The notes below the pieces were generated by a model that saw nothing but the letters and a program-made list of their open reading frames with translations, searched no databases and was not told where the DNA came from. From a virus: a stretch of 64,000 bases of DNA. The position numbers and the translations under genes are program-made. Where the stretch lies: IMG/VR virus record IMGVR_UViG_3300049893_003686; one strand, given 5' to 3'. The stretch's first letter is position 1, and the number at the start of each line of letters is the position of its first letter. This document shows positions 20,063 to 28,510 of this stretch, one piece after another.

Positions 20063-20672
20063 CTTAAATAACCATAGCCTCTCAGTGCAATATAAGAATT
20101 ATACATTAAGCCATTGTCAACATCCATCAAAGTTTGTAATAAATACATTCAAACGACATGGTCAAATAACATATTTTTACCTCGCAAAATATAATGTCGA
20201 TAAATGTGGAGAGTATGACTATCACTACAATTCTACAAATCAATACATCACCCTTCCAATAGACAAAATTAGTTCAACACGAGATATAATAGAAGTATGT
20301 GGCGCGAGAGGTATGAGCGAGATTGGGATAACCTCACTTGTGAAAACAATACATGGAAATGCCAACCTTCCTATGATAGATTTTATAGGAAGGCCGCCAA
20401 TAGAAGAAATACAACAATTGTGCATAAAGCTAGCAGATATATTTAATATGGATAGGGTATTTGAAATATATGACAGTGGAAACTCATATCACGCATATTT
20501 CGCTAGCTTATTAGAGCCAGACCACTATAAGGAATACTTGTCATTATTAAAAGATTATAGTATAGTAGATCGTGGTTGGGTTCATTATGCGCTAAGGGGT
20601 CAGACGCCTGTAGCTGTACTCAGATGGTCAGCATTCACAGGTATAAAGGGTGTAATATCAAAAATCGCATGA
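20055..20672 (+). CDS. Hypothetical protein.
   Basis: 205-aa ORF. ATGA overlaps the next gene. Confidence 0.5.
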   Translation: MLDLNNHSLSVQYKNYTLSHCQHPSKFVINTFKRHGQITYFYLAKYNVDKCGEYDYHYNSTNQYITLPIDKISSTRDIIEVCGARGMSEIGITSLVKTIHGNANLPMIDFIGRPPIEEIQQLCIKLADIFNMDRVFEIYDSGNSYHAYFASLLEPDHYKEYLSLLKDYSIVDRGWVHYALRGQTPVAVLRWSAFTGIKGVISKIA

Positions 20673-21322
20673 TTAAAAGTATAACACAAATACCGTTAAC
20701 CTTTCATTGGTCGGTATCGGGAATGATAGCACTTTCTTCTATCATTAGTGGTCCAATAGGAATCTATTATGCTTTTGCAATCTTCCTTTCGGTAATCATA
20801 CATGAATATGCTCATGCTATAGCAGCAAGCAGTCGTGGATTCACTACATCCGGCATTACCATTCATGGTTTTGGAGGAATGGCCAATATAACTGGGTTAG
20901 CGACAGCAAATCAGAGAGATGTAGCTATCATCGCTCTTGCAGGTCCATTAGCCAATGCCGTTGTGGCCGGAATTATGCTCCCAATGACAACTATAGTCCT
21001 AAATACAGGACTAACTACATTATATACTATATGTAATATTCTGCTATTATCAAACATATATATGGCTATAGTGAATATGGCTCCAGTATATCCACTAGAT
21101 GGCGGAAAAGCGCTATCCGCGCTACTAAAGATACACTTTGGCTATTATAAATCTGAACAAATCACTCAAAGAATATGCGCCATATTCCTTATTGCCATGT
21201 GGATAGTAACACTTTCACACCTTCACTCTCTAATAGAGACAACTATACTTCTATCTATTATTGGAATTATATCACTTAGCCTTAACAAAAAGAAAGATAT
21301 TGATTATTCAAAAGTAGATTAA
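20669..21322 (+). CDS. Peptidase M50 (site-2 protease / SpoIVFB-like) membrane metalloprotease.
   Basis: HEYAHA (HExxH) sits in a TM segment. The downstream NMAPVYPLDGG (LDG) motif is present. Multiple TM helices. ATG at 20669 by ATGA overlap. Confidence 0.75.
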   Translation: MIKSITQIPLTFHWSVSGMIALSSIISGPIGIYYAFAIFLSVIIHEYAHAIAASSRGFTTSGITIHGFGGMANITGLATANQRDVAIIALAGPLANAVVAGIMLPMTTIVLNTGLTTLYTICNILLLSNIYMAIVNMAPVYPLDGGKALSALLKIHFGYYKSEQITQRICAIFLIAMWIVTLSHLHSLIETTILLSIIGIISLSLNKKKDIDYSKVD

Positions 21323-21406
21323 AAAATTAATTACAGAGTACTGCTCCCGATATCATAGAACTAGTTGCACTAATTGCGGTTTATCCGCAGCATAGGAGAG
21401 AAATAA

Positions 21407-21607
21407 GTGACCACACATGTAGTATATCAAAGCACGGAACATACATTCATTATGTCTATTGATGATGAGGCGGAATTTGTGGCTCGCTTTTTTGGCGAAG
21501 ATGGTATTGACAATGATGAGTGGGAGAGGTTTGAGGTAGATGGTCCTGTAGAAATTGAGACCGCCAAACCATCAATTATTGATGTATATGAGACATATGA
21601 TATGTAA
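21407..21607 (+). CDS. Hypothetical acidic small protein.
   Basis: 66-aa ORF. Confidence 0.4.
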   Translation: MTTHVVYQSTEHTFIMSIDDEAEFVARFFGEDGIDNDEWERFEVDGPVEIETAKPSIIDVYETYDM

Positions 21608-21655
21608 GTTATCTATTTAGATTCATGATATGAAAAGTTAGATCAGCTACCAAAT

Positions 21656-21786
21656 AGCGACATGGTGAAGTGGTATCACGTGAGAACAAACATCTCGGTT
21701 CTTTATAACCTTGCCAGATCTATGGCCGAATAAGAATCGTTATCTTAGTCAATCTTAAATCTCCTGTTCGATTCAGGATGTCGCTG
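21656..21786 (+). ncRNA. Candidate tRNA-like structured RNA with a 64-nt insertion.
   Basis: 7-bp acceptor-like pairing AGCGACA/TGTCGCT. D-like stem GTGA/TCAC with loop AGTGGTA. 5-bp stem TGAGA/TCTCG. T-arm TCCTG-TTCGATT-CAGGA. The anticodon loop is non-canonical. Lies in a 200-nt ORF-free gap. Confidence 0.25.
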
Positions 21787-21806
21787 TCTTTTCAGGATTA
21801 GATATA

Positions 21807-22088
21807 ATGAATAAAATATGGATGTTAACTGCAGTAGTATTACTATCAGCATGTAATGATTCGCAATATGCACGACAAAAGGCATGTAAATCCGTACTAA
21901 CAATCTACTGTCATAAAGTAGCAGAATGCAGCTCTTCTTCAGAAGAAGAGTGCCTAGAGTTCATTGAAAGTAATGCATTGTGCAATAAAGAGATCAAATC
22001 TTATGTTAAGGAAATTTCAGAATGCGGCAAGGCTCTAAGTGCTAATGACTGTACTGGTCTGCCAGCAGAATGTACTACTCTAGAATAA
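21807..22088 (+). CDS. Cys-rich secreted lipoprotein.
   Basis: Signal peptide MNKIWMLTAVVLLSAC with lipobox LSAC. 10 Cys in the mature part. Confidence 0.6.
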   Translation: MNKIWMLTAVVLLSACNDSQYARQKACKSVLTIYCHKVAECSSSSEEECLEFIESNALCNKEIKSYVKEISECGKALSANDCTGLPAECTTLE

Positions 22089-22094
22089 AGATCC

Positions 22095-22781
22095 CTATAC
22101 AAGCCTTCTAGCATGTTCAAGAACAGCCCTAACCTCAGACCAGGACACTATCAAACTAATAGTGTTATGAACATGCATATCCTCTCCTGCATGAAATATA
22201 TGCTCTACGAGGGCGTGTACAACTCCTATAACCTGACCATTATGCAATGATATAACAGGGCCGCCAGATTCGCCGGGATAGCTAATACCTTTACTGACCA
22301 ATAACGACACTCCATTACTGGTAGTATAATCCATTATAATACCTTCTTCAAAGATAAATTGCTGCTGATAATAACCGGGATAGCCCATACTTACAATAGA
22401 GCTTCCTATCTTAGGCATACCATAAAGTCTTTCGCTCCACAGTATCATTGGCTGACCCTTAAAGCCCATAGCCTCAAATACAGCCACGTCCCTATCATTA
22501 TCTACTAGAATTTGTCTCACAGAGTATACTAGCTCCATATCATCTACAATAGTATACTCCTTAGTGTGCTGCAGGCAGTGCCCTGCAGTAATAAAAAGGT
22601 TTCGTCCAACATAAAAGGCGCTGCAACTACTATCATCAGTTTGCAGCCTGACGACAGCATGTCGAGACTCGGATATGCGGGTGGGTAAAAGGTCATACTC
22701 TACACCCTTACTATCTAGGCGACACCCTATTAGTGCAAGTAATAGATAGGATAGGAATAAGAGATATCTGAGCATACTCAT
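22095..22781 (-). CDS. Trypsin-like (S1) serine protease, secreted.
   Basis: N-terminal hydrophobic signal. His motif ITAGHCL. Asp DRDVAVF. Ser motif GESGGPV. Confidence 0.65.
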   Translation of the reverse strand: MSMLRYLLFLSYLLLALIGCRLDSKGVEYDLLPTRISESRHAVVRLQTDDSSCSAFYVGRNLFITAGHCLQHTKEYTIVDDMELVYSVRQILVDNDRDVAVFEAMGFKGQPMILWSERLYGMPKIGSSIVSMGYPGYYQQQFIFEEGIIMDYTTSNGVSLLVSKGISYPGESGGPVISLHNGQVIGVVHALVEHIFHAGEDMHVHNTISLIVSWSEVRAVLEHARRLV

Positions 22782-22845
22782 ATCAAATATTAACTTATAT
22801 TGGTAGATAATTATATTAGTGACTAATATAAGCTGGGGACTATAA

Positions 22846-23052
22846 ATGGTATCTACAATGATAATATGTATGTTACTTGGGGTAGCATTAGGTACACCAA
22901 TCGGCGGACTTCTAGCTACGTCTTTTCAAGAAAATCGTTGTGGCGATGAATCATGTCATGGCCGCAAAAGTTCGGTGTGTATAGATGGTCTATGCTCACG
23001 TCACTGTCGTGATCTTCACAACAATAAATGCACTAAAGCATTTATAATGTAG
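22846..23052 (+). CDS. Small secreted Cys-rich peptide.
   Basis: Signal-like MVSTMIICMLLGVALGTPIGG, then 9 Cys in 45 residues. Confidence 0.45.
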   Translation: MVSTMIICMLLGVALGTPIGGLLATSFQENRCGDESCHGRKSSVCIDGLCSRHCRDLHNNKCTKAFIM

Positions 23053-23113
23053 TAATTACTAATGTGGTAAAGCAAGCTATTTCGGCAGCACTATATTTAG
23101 GAGAGAGATAAGT

Positions 23114-23926
23114 ATGAAAAATTTTACGAGATTAGTTGGCGCACTTTCTATTGCTCTATTGCATGGCTGCGGCTGTGAAATTGTTGATCCAGGAAATAGA
23201 GGTGTGGTGGTAGAATGGGGTAAAGTACAAGAGCCAGCAAGAGGAGAGGGATTCCAAACTTATTGTCCAATTGGTTGTACCTTAGAGCAAGTAAGTGTGC
23301 GACAGCAAAAAATCGACGTAGCTGCACCATGCTTCAGCAGTGATTTACAACAGGTAAATCTTAATGTCACAGTCATGTATCGCATTCCTGAAAAGTCAGT
23401 TCCAGCTATTTTTCGAGATTTCCACGGAGAACCATTCGATGTACTAGTGTCACCACGAGTGCAGGAATCGATCAAAGAGGCTACAGCCACACGATCTGCT
23501 GAGATGATTGTTAAGGAAAGAGAAACAGTAAAGAATCTGGCACTTGAAGCAGTACGTAAAAAGGTTGGGCCAATCCTTGTAATTGAGGATATGATTATTT
23601 CAGATGTTAAATTAAGCAAGCAACTAACCGACTCAATTGAAAGCAAAATGGTACAAGAACAAGAAGCCGCAAAGGCGAAGTATATGCAACAACAAAAGCA
23701 AATTGAAGCAGATACTCGCGTATTGGAGGCCACTGCAGAGGCAAAGGCCACTCTAGCTCGTGCTCAAGCCGAGGCAGAGTCAATCAAAATTCGCGGCGAG
23801 GCACTGCAGGAGAATCCTGGAGTAGTCCAATTGCAACTGATTGAAAAGTGGAATGGCATTAGTCCCCAGATTATTTCCGGAGCAAGCGGAATAAATGTAC
23901 TACTACCAGCCTCAACCACAAAATAG
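23114..23926 (+). CDS. Prohibitin-like SPFH/band-7 protein with an N-terminal signal/lipobox.
   Basis: SSDLQQVNLNVTVMYRIPEKSVPAIF corresponds to the prohibitin SKDLQNVNITLRILFRP..LP.IF block, with a coiled-coil C-terminus. N-terminus LLHGCGC. Confidence 0.8.
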   Translation: MKNFTRLVGALSIALLHGCGCEIVDPGNRGVVVEWGKVQEPARGEGFQTYCPIGCTLEQVSVRQQKIDVAAPCFSSDLQQVNLNVTVMYRIPEKSVPAIFRDFHGEPFDVLVSPRVQESIKEATATRSAEMIVKERETVKNLALEAVRKKVGPILVIEDMIISDVKLSKQLTDSIESKMVQEQEAAKAKYMQQQKQIEADTRVLEATAEAKATLARAQAEAESIKIRGEALQENPGVVQLQLIEKWNGISPQIISGASGINVLLPASTTK

Positions 23927-24148
23927 TAGGCCGACAACTTACAGCATAAGTACGTCGAGGTATTCATGAAAATGATGTATATAAAATAATTTATATAGTA
24001 TGGATACCTATAAGAAGTAAATTAGCTATAGTTACATCAACTAGGTCTAGCGCTAATCATGTAGATTAATGATGATGGGACGGAAGCTATTTATGAAGTA
24101 GCAGACTACAGAGATGGCCCAGACGACATCTTTTTTGCAGAGAAAGAT

Positions 24149-24640
24149 GTGCCATTAGAAAAGATAGAAATATTATCAATGAGTCTCTGCGCAGAAAAGG
24201 AGATAACAATGGATGACAATTATATCGGATATTTTTTATATTCCACAAATAACGACGAGACTCTTATTACCGAAGCACTTAGTCTTTTTACTGATATTGA
24301 ACTACTTTGTAGTTGGATAGAGGAGTTTCTTATAGATAATCCTAATTCGAATATCTTTTTCGAAATGTTGCTCTTAAATCCTTCACCAGGAAGCTATCAT
24401 ATTGATAACTCACATTATAGTGGAGAAGGAGCAATCCTTCACACAATGAAAAACGGGCATATTGAAGAGATCCTCTGTATGTTTACTGATACAGATAAAT
24501 TTATCGAATGGGCAGAAGATTTCGTCAAAAAGAACCCATCGATAGATCTTTACTATACTGTATTAGCAGTAAATCCGCTTCCAGGAGAGCGGCTGCATAC
24601 TACAGAGCGCTATCGTGCAATTAAAATGTTATCAAGATAA
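24149..24640 (+). CDS. Hypothetical protein with an internal duplication.
   Basis: Two related halves (...LLCSWIEEFLIDNPNSNIFFEMLLLNPSPG / ...ILCMFTDTDKFIEWAEDFVKKNPSIDLYYTVLAVNPLPG). Confidence 0.5.
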   Translation: MPLEKIEILSMSLCAEKEITMDDNYIGYFLYSTNNDETLITEALSLFTDIELLCSWIEEFLIDNPNSNIFFEMLLLNPSPGSYHIDNSHYSGEGAILHTMKNGHIEEILCMFTDTDKFIEWAEDFVKKNPSIDLYYTVLAVNPLPGERLHTTERYRAIKMLSR

Positions 24641-24660
24641 GGTCAGTAGGTGATTGAAGA

Positions 24661-25164
24661 GTGAAACTTAATGATCTTAAGAATTTCCCGCCCTCCTATA
24701 AACTGAGCCACTTATTGTCACTACAGCGTATCACTCCAGAGTATGGCACGAATATATGCCATCGGTATAGTTATTGGGATGGAATTCTTTCAGGAATACT
24801 AAGGTGGAATGGAGGACTATTCTATTTTCACTGCATTCTTGATGAAATGGATTTTGCCCTTCCGGTATCATCAAATCCACATGATTCAGGCATCGGGTTT
24901 GAACATACTTCTGACGGCACGAGGAGATACTACGCTGTATGTTTGTACTCAACAGCTAAGATGATAGATATGGTAAGAACTGCCGTGTCGCACAGAAGGT
25001 ATGTGAACCCACGGGGTGATTATCGTTATATGGCTAGGCACAATCTTTCAGAAAGTACATTGCTATCAAAAAAGAATGATCGGCCATCATGGTCAAATAG
25101 AAATCTCCGTAAGGTACGTGAGGAGCCCTACGATGGCGAGGTAATTGCCTGGTTTACTCTATAA
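24661..25164 (+). CDS. Hypothetical protein.
   Basis: 167-aa ORF. Confidence 0.45.
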   Translation: MKLNDLKNFPPSYKLSHLLSLQRITPEYGTNICHRYSYWDGILSGILRWNGGLFYFHCILDEMDFALPVSSNPHDSGIGFEHTSDGTRRYYAVCLYSTAKMIDMVRTAVSHRRYVNPRGDYRYMARHNLSESTLLSKKNDRPSWSNRNLRKVREEPYDGEVIAWFTL

Positions 25165-25226
25165 TACTATATTTGTTATATAAACATAATTTCCTTATCT
25201 AGAAAAAGGTAACCTGGTGGTGGTTA

Positions 25227-25496
25227 ATGAAAATACTTGAAGTAGACTTCTATTTGGATGGCGGTTCAGCAAAGATTGTTACAGATAATGGCATCTATTT
25301 TGTAAATAGAAGAGTTGATGCTAAAGATAATTGGTGCGAACTATATGATAGGTATCCTGGAGATCGTGAGGCAAAAAAGATATCTCTAGATAAAGACTTG
25401 CTAATCTCTGCTCTAAAAGAATTTACTGTAAACACAGAGATGTCTAATTCTCTAAATTTACTATTAGAACATCTAATAGGCAATGATGTGGCGTGA
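25227..25496 (+). CDS. Hypothetical protein.
   Basis: 89-aa ORF. RBS GGTGGTGG upstream. Confidence 0.45.
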   Translation: MKILEVDFYLDGGSAKIVTDNGIYFVNRRVDAKDNWCELYDRYPGDREAKKISLDKDLLISALKEFTVNTEMSNSLNLLLEHLIGNDVA

Positions 25497-25567
25497 TAAT
25501 TAATTGCTCCGGATATCTGGGAGTACACATATAATATAGCATAGGTAGTTGATAACAACAACAAAAT

Positions 25568-25643
25568 GCGCCTGTAGCTCAGCGGATAGAGTACTTGTCT
25601 TCTAAATAAGGTGTCGTAGGTTCGAATCCTACCAGGCGCGCCA
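25568..25643 (+). tRNA. tRNA-Arg (anticodon TCT), CCA-encoded.
   Basis: Hand-folded. Acceptor GCGCCTG/CAGGCGC. D stem GCTC/GAGT. Anticodon stem CTTGT/ATAAG with loop CTTCTAA (U33, TCT, A37). T-arm GTAGG-TTCGAAT-CCTAC. Discriminator G then CCA. Confidence 0.85.
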
Positions 25644-25708
25644 CTTAGTCAGTTAATTAATCACTCCATACTGCTATCTCGTAGATAATATCGTTCACAA
25701 CGTCATAT

Positions 25709-25792
25709 GGGCCAGTAGACGCGCTCCGCTCATAACGGAGTAAGGGTAATTTGGTTCTGAAAATGTGGGTTCAAGTCCCACCTGGCCCACCA
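25709..25792 (+). tRNA. Aberrant tRNA-like gene, copy 1. It has a CAU anticodon stem-loop, a canonical T-arm and acceptor, and encoded CCA. The D-arm region is only 8 nt and there is a 24-nt extra region.
   Basis: Acceptor GGGCCAG/CTGGCCC followed by A and CCA. T-arm GTGGG-TTCAAGT-CCCAC. Stem CTCCG/CGGAG with loop CTCATAA. A byte-identical copy lies at 42249-42332. Confidence 0.45.
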
Positions 25793-25936
25793 TTTACACG
25801 TACTCAATTCCTAATCTGACGTACGGTAATAGAATGATTAGGATCTCACTCTTCGGGATTTAAGAGCAACCCTTTAGCCTTAGGCGTTGTAGTACGGAGA
25901 GAAAAGGCCATCTTCTTTTAAGGAGAGCGTCAGCTA

Positions 25937-26560
25937 ATGCTTAGAGCTGAAGGTAAGCTGCCTAGAGATGTATACGTAGCTTGTTCTGGCGGCGTAGACA
26001 GTATGGCAGTGCTTGCGTTTTTAATGCGCCGAGAAGTTAAGCCACAAGTAGTCTACTTTAATCATAGGACTGATCATTCAGAAAAAGCAGAAGAACATGT
26101 ACGTACATTCTGCACTAAGCACGCCCTCAATCTTACCATAGGAACTATTCTTCGTGATCGCCTTAGCCGTGAGTCTAAAGAGGAATTTTGGCGAAACGAG
26201 AGATATAAATTCCTGCACGGACTATCTCTACCAGTAATTACAGCGCATAACTTAGACGATTGTATTGAAACATGGATCTTCTCTTCATTGCATGGAGAAG
26301 GAAAAATGATTCCATACAGAAATCGAAATGTAATTAGACCATTTAGACAAACACATAAGGCAGAGTTTATCAGATGGTGCACGAAGAATAACATCCCATG
26401 GATAGAGGACGAGTCAAATAAGAATATATTATTTGCACGCAATAGAATCAGACATGCACTTATGCCAGAAGTTCTAAAAATCAATCCTGGAATTTCTAAA
26501 GTAATTAGAAAGAAAATCTTGGCAGAAAGTGATATGCATAGGCTTTCCCCGCCACTCTAA
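25937..26560 (+). CDS. tRNA(Ile)-lysidine synthetase-like PP-loop ATPase (TilS N-terminal domain only, 207 aa).
   Basis: PP-loop SGGVDSMAV and TilS-type AHNLDDCIETWI (HxxDDxxET) motif. No C-terminal QueC-like Cys cluster. Confidence 0.7.
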   Translation: MLRAEGKLPRDVYVACSGGVDSMAVLAFLMRREVKPQVVYFNHRTDHSEKAEEHVRTFCTKHALNLTIGTILRDRLSRESKEEFWRNERYKFLHGLSLPVITAHNLDDCIETWIFSSLHGEGKMIPYRNRNVIRPFRQTHKAEFIRWCTKNNIPWIEDESNKNILFARNRIRHALMPEVLKINPGISKVIRKKILAESDMHRLSPPL

Positions 26561-26572
26561 AGAAGGATAATT

Positions 26573-27049
26573 ATGTACTATAACCATATGGCCTTTGCCG
26601 AACGTGTTGCTCGCAAATTTAGCAATGAAGATAGGCATCTTGTTGCCGCACTGCAGATTCGGGGAGGTAATATAGTCAATTATGGGATTAACCGACTTCA
26701 GTATAAAAGAGGCAGTAGCTATTTCGACTGTAGTATTCATGCAGAGGTAGACCTCGCGAGAAAAAGTGGATTCTCGCTAAATGGAGATAAAATCTGCATA
26801 TACCGGTTCAATCGAGCCCAAGAAACAAATGACTATAGAGACAGTAAGCCATGTCCTTTATGCGTAAGGGTCTTATTCCAATCTGGAGCAGGCAAGGTAT
26901 ATTATTCTTTAAACAACAAGGTTCTTAGTAGCAAGGTACACTCTCTTCCCATGCTGGCAGTGGATCCAATCATGTTTACCAAGCAGTATATTCCAAAATA
27001 CAGTACCGAAAGTACAAGGCATATGGATTTTGATGGTTACCTCATTTAG
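26573..27049 (+). CDS. CDA-fold zinc deaminase (TadA/dCMP-deaminase-like).
   Basis: HAEVDLA (HxE) and PCPLC (PCxxC) zinc ligands. 158 aa. Located in the tRNA/TilS cluster. Confidence 0.55.
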   Translation: MYYNHMAFAERVARKFSNEDRHLVAALQIRGGNIVNYGINRLQYKRGSSYFDCSIHAEVDLARKSGFSLNGDKICIYRFNRAQETNDYRDSKPCPLCVRVLFQSGAGKVYYSLNNKVLSSKVHSLPMLAVDPIMFTKQYIPKYSTESTRHMDFDGYLI

Positions 27050-27058
27050 GATTCAAAT

Positions 27059-27283
27059 ATGAACGCACGCTTATTGCCGGGAATCTTTTGGCCATATGGT
27101 GATTTCGACACTAAAGTTCGAATGTCCACATTACTATGGAATATTAAATGCGAGTATTTGTTGACAGCTGAACTAGCAGATGATGGGTCGATTTATGATC
27201 AGTCCGAGATAGAGTGTGAATTAGCTCGCGCACGCAGATATATTGTCAAGCAGACAGACGAGCTAATATCGCTACTTGCCTAA
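27059..27283 (+). CDS. Hypothetical small protein.
   Basis: 74-aa ORF. Confidence 0.4.
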   Translation: MNARLLPGIFWPYGDFDTKVRMSTLLWNIKCEYLLTAELADDGSIYDQSEIECELARARRYIVKQTDELISLLA

Positions 27284-27692
27284 TAAAGCTATTATGACAT
27301 CAAGTTTTACTACACGAGCAGAGCAAGCAGCATTGCTTTTATCTAGATTGAATGATGATGACATTGCAGATGAGAGAGCCAGAAATGCATTGCGCACGAT
27401 TACAAAGTCAGAACTAGAAACATGTATAAAATTATACTTTGCTTGGTGCAGCATTGCGATTACGGCAAAGAAGTTATCAGATATAGGCTACGAGCTAGAT
27501 CCGCAATGGGAAGAGCGGCTTACATCTGCATACATGCATATAATTAATCTCTGCGTATCTAATCTTCAAGTAGCAGATCTAGCAAAGTTCAATCGAAATA
27601 ATATAATTATATTTTCAAATGCATTACACTTGAATCCATATGTTGCAGTAGCTGGTTATACTGAAGAATTAGATCTAAAAGACTTCTTATAG
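27276..27692 (+). CDS. Hypothetical protein.
   Basis: 138-aa ORF overlapping the previous stop. Confidence 0.45.
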   Translation: MPNKAIMTSSFTTRAEQAALLLSRLNDDDIADERARNALRTITKSELETCIKLYFAWCSIAITAKKLSDIGYELDPQWEERLTSAYMHIINLCVSNLQVADLAKFNRNNIIIFSNALHLNPYVAVAGYTEELDLKDFL

Positions 27693-27709
27693 CATACGGA
27701 TAACATCGG

Positions 27710-28075
27710 ATGAGTAATAGTAAGTTCCATAAATTAAAGAAGAGACTGAAATTTCGAGCTGTAAAAGCCGGAATGGCATGTGATGTATCAACAGAATTTC
27801 TACGGTTTATATGGAATGCTGACACTAAATGTCAGATATGCAGTGTAAGTTTTGTATTAGATATGAACAGCGCGTCATCTAAATCAATAGACAGATTTAA
27901 TTCAGAACTTGGATACACTAAGGATAATGTGCATGTCATGTGTAGAAGATGCAATTCAATTAAATCAGTATTTGATCGTGACGGCCTATCTGGGCTGAGA
28001 ACGTACCAGCTTCGTAATCCAAGAATGCCAGTAGATAATTTAATTAAATGGATTACTAAAAATAAGAAGGATTAA
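27710..28075 (+). CDS. HNH-like zinc-finger nuclease domain protein (degenerate).
   Basis: CQIC ... IDRFNSELGYTKDNVHVMCRRCNSIK follows the HNH ββα-Me pattern (CxxC...DH...N...CxxCN). The first His is replaced by Arg. Confidence 0.35.
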   Translation: MSNSKFHKLKKRLKFRAVKAGMACDVSTEFLRFIWNADTKCQICSVSFVLDMNSASSKSIDRFNSELGYTKDNVHVMCRRCNSIKSVFDRDGLSGLRTYQLRNPRMPVDNLIKWITKNKKD

Positions 28076-28076
28076 T

Positions 28077-28430
28077 ATGCTTTTGATGTTTGACCTCTCA
28101 GGTAATCGTGTTGCTGAATGGAGTCTGGGGAAAAAGCTAGTTTTTCCAAAAACCATAGATGCGGTAGACATTACGGCTATATGTACCGAGGGATTGGAGT
28201 TAGAATTTCTAGCATCAATATTAGAAAATTTAGTATATCCTAAAAATTATAGCACTGTTTGGTGGTACGGTGCAGACGCAAAGACAGTTGCTTCTGTAAT
28301 GGAATCCTACCATTCCTTGGAAAAAGATAGCAGGGATTTTTTACAACGTAAGTTGAAAATTGATTCAGCAAAGAAAAAGGTTGGCGTCGCATTAGACAAG
28401 ATAAAGGATCTTACATTCCCTCAATCCTGA
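28077..28430 (+). CDS. Hypothetical protein.
   Basis: 117-aa ORF. Confidence 0.45.
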   Translation: MLLMFDLSGNRVAEWSLGKKLVFPKTIDAVDITAICTEGLELEFLASILENLVYPKNYSTVWWYGADAKTVASVMESYHSLEKDSRDFLQRKLKIDSAKKKVGVALDKIKDLTFPQS

Positions 28431-28510
28431 GAGAATTAATCTAGATATAAGGTCACATTAACTATAACTATAGCGTCATGCTGGCGTATATAGGAATAAT
28501 CGGAGAAAAG

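Noticed and set aside
25937-26560. QueC (7-cyano-7-deazaguanine synthase) assignment for the PP-loop protein
   Set aside because: It has the TilS-type HNLDDCIETW motif and lacks the C-terminal zinc-binding Cys cluster of QueC.
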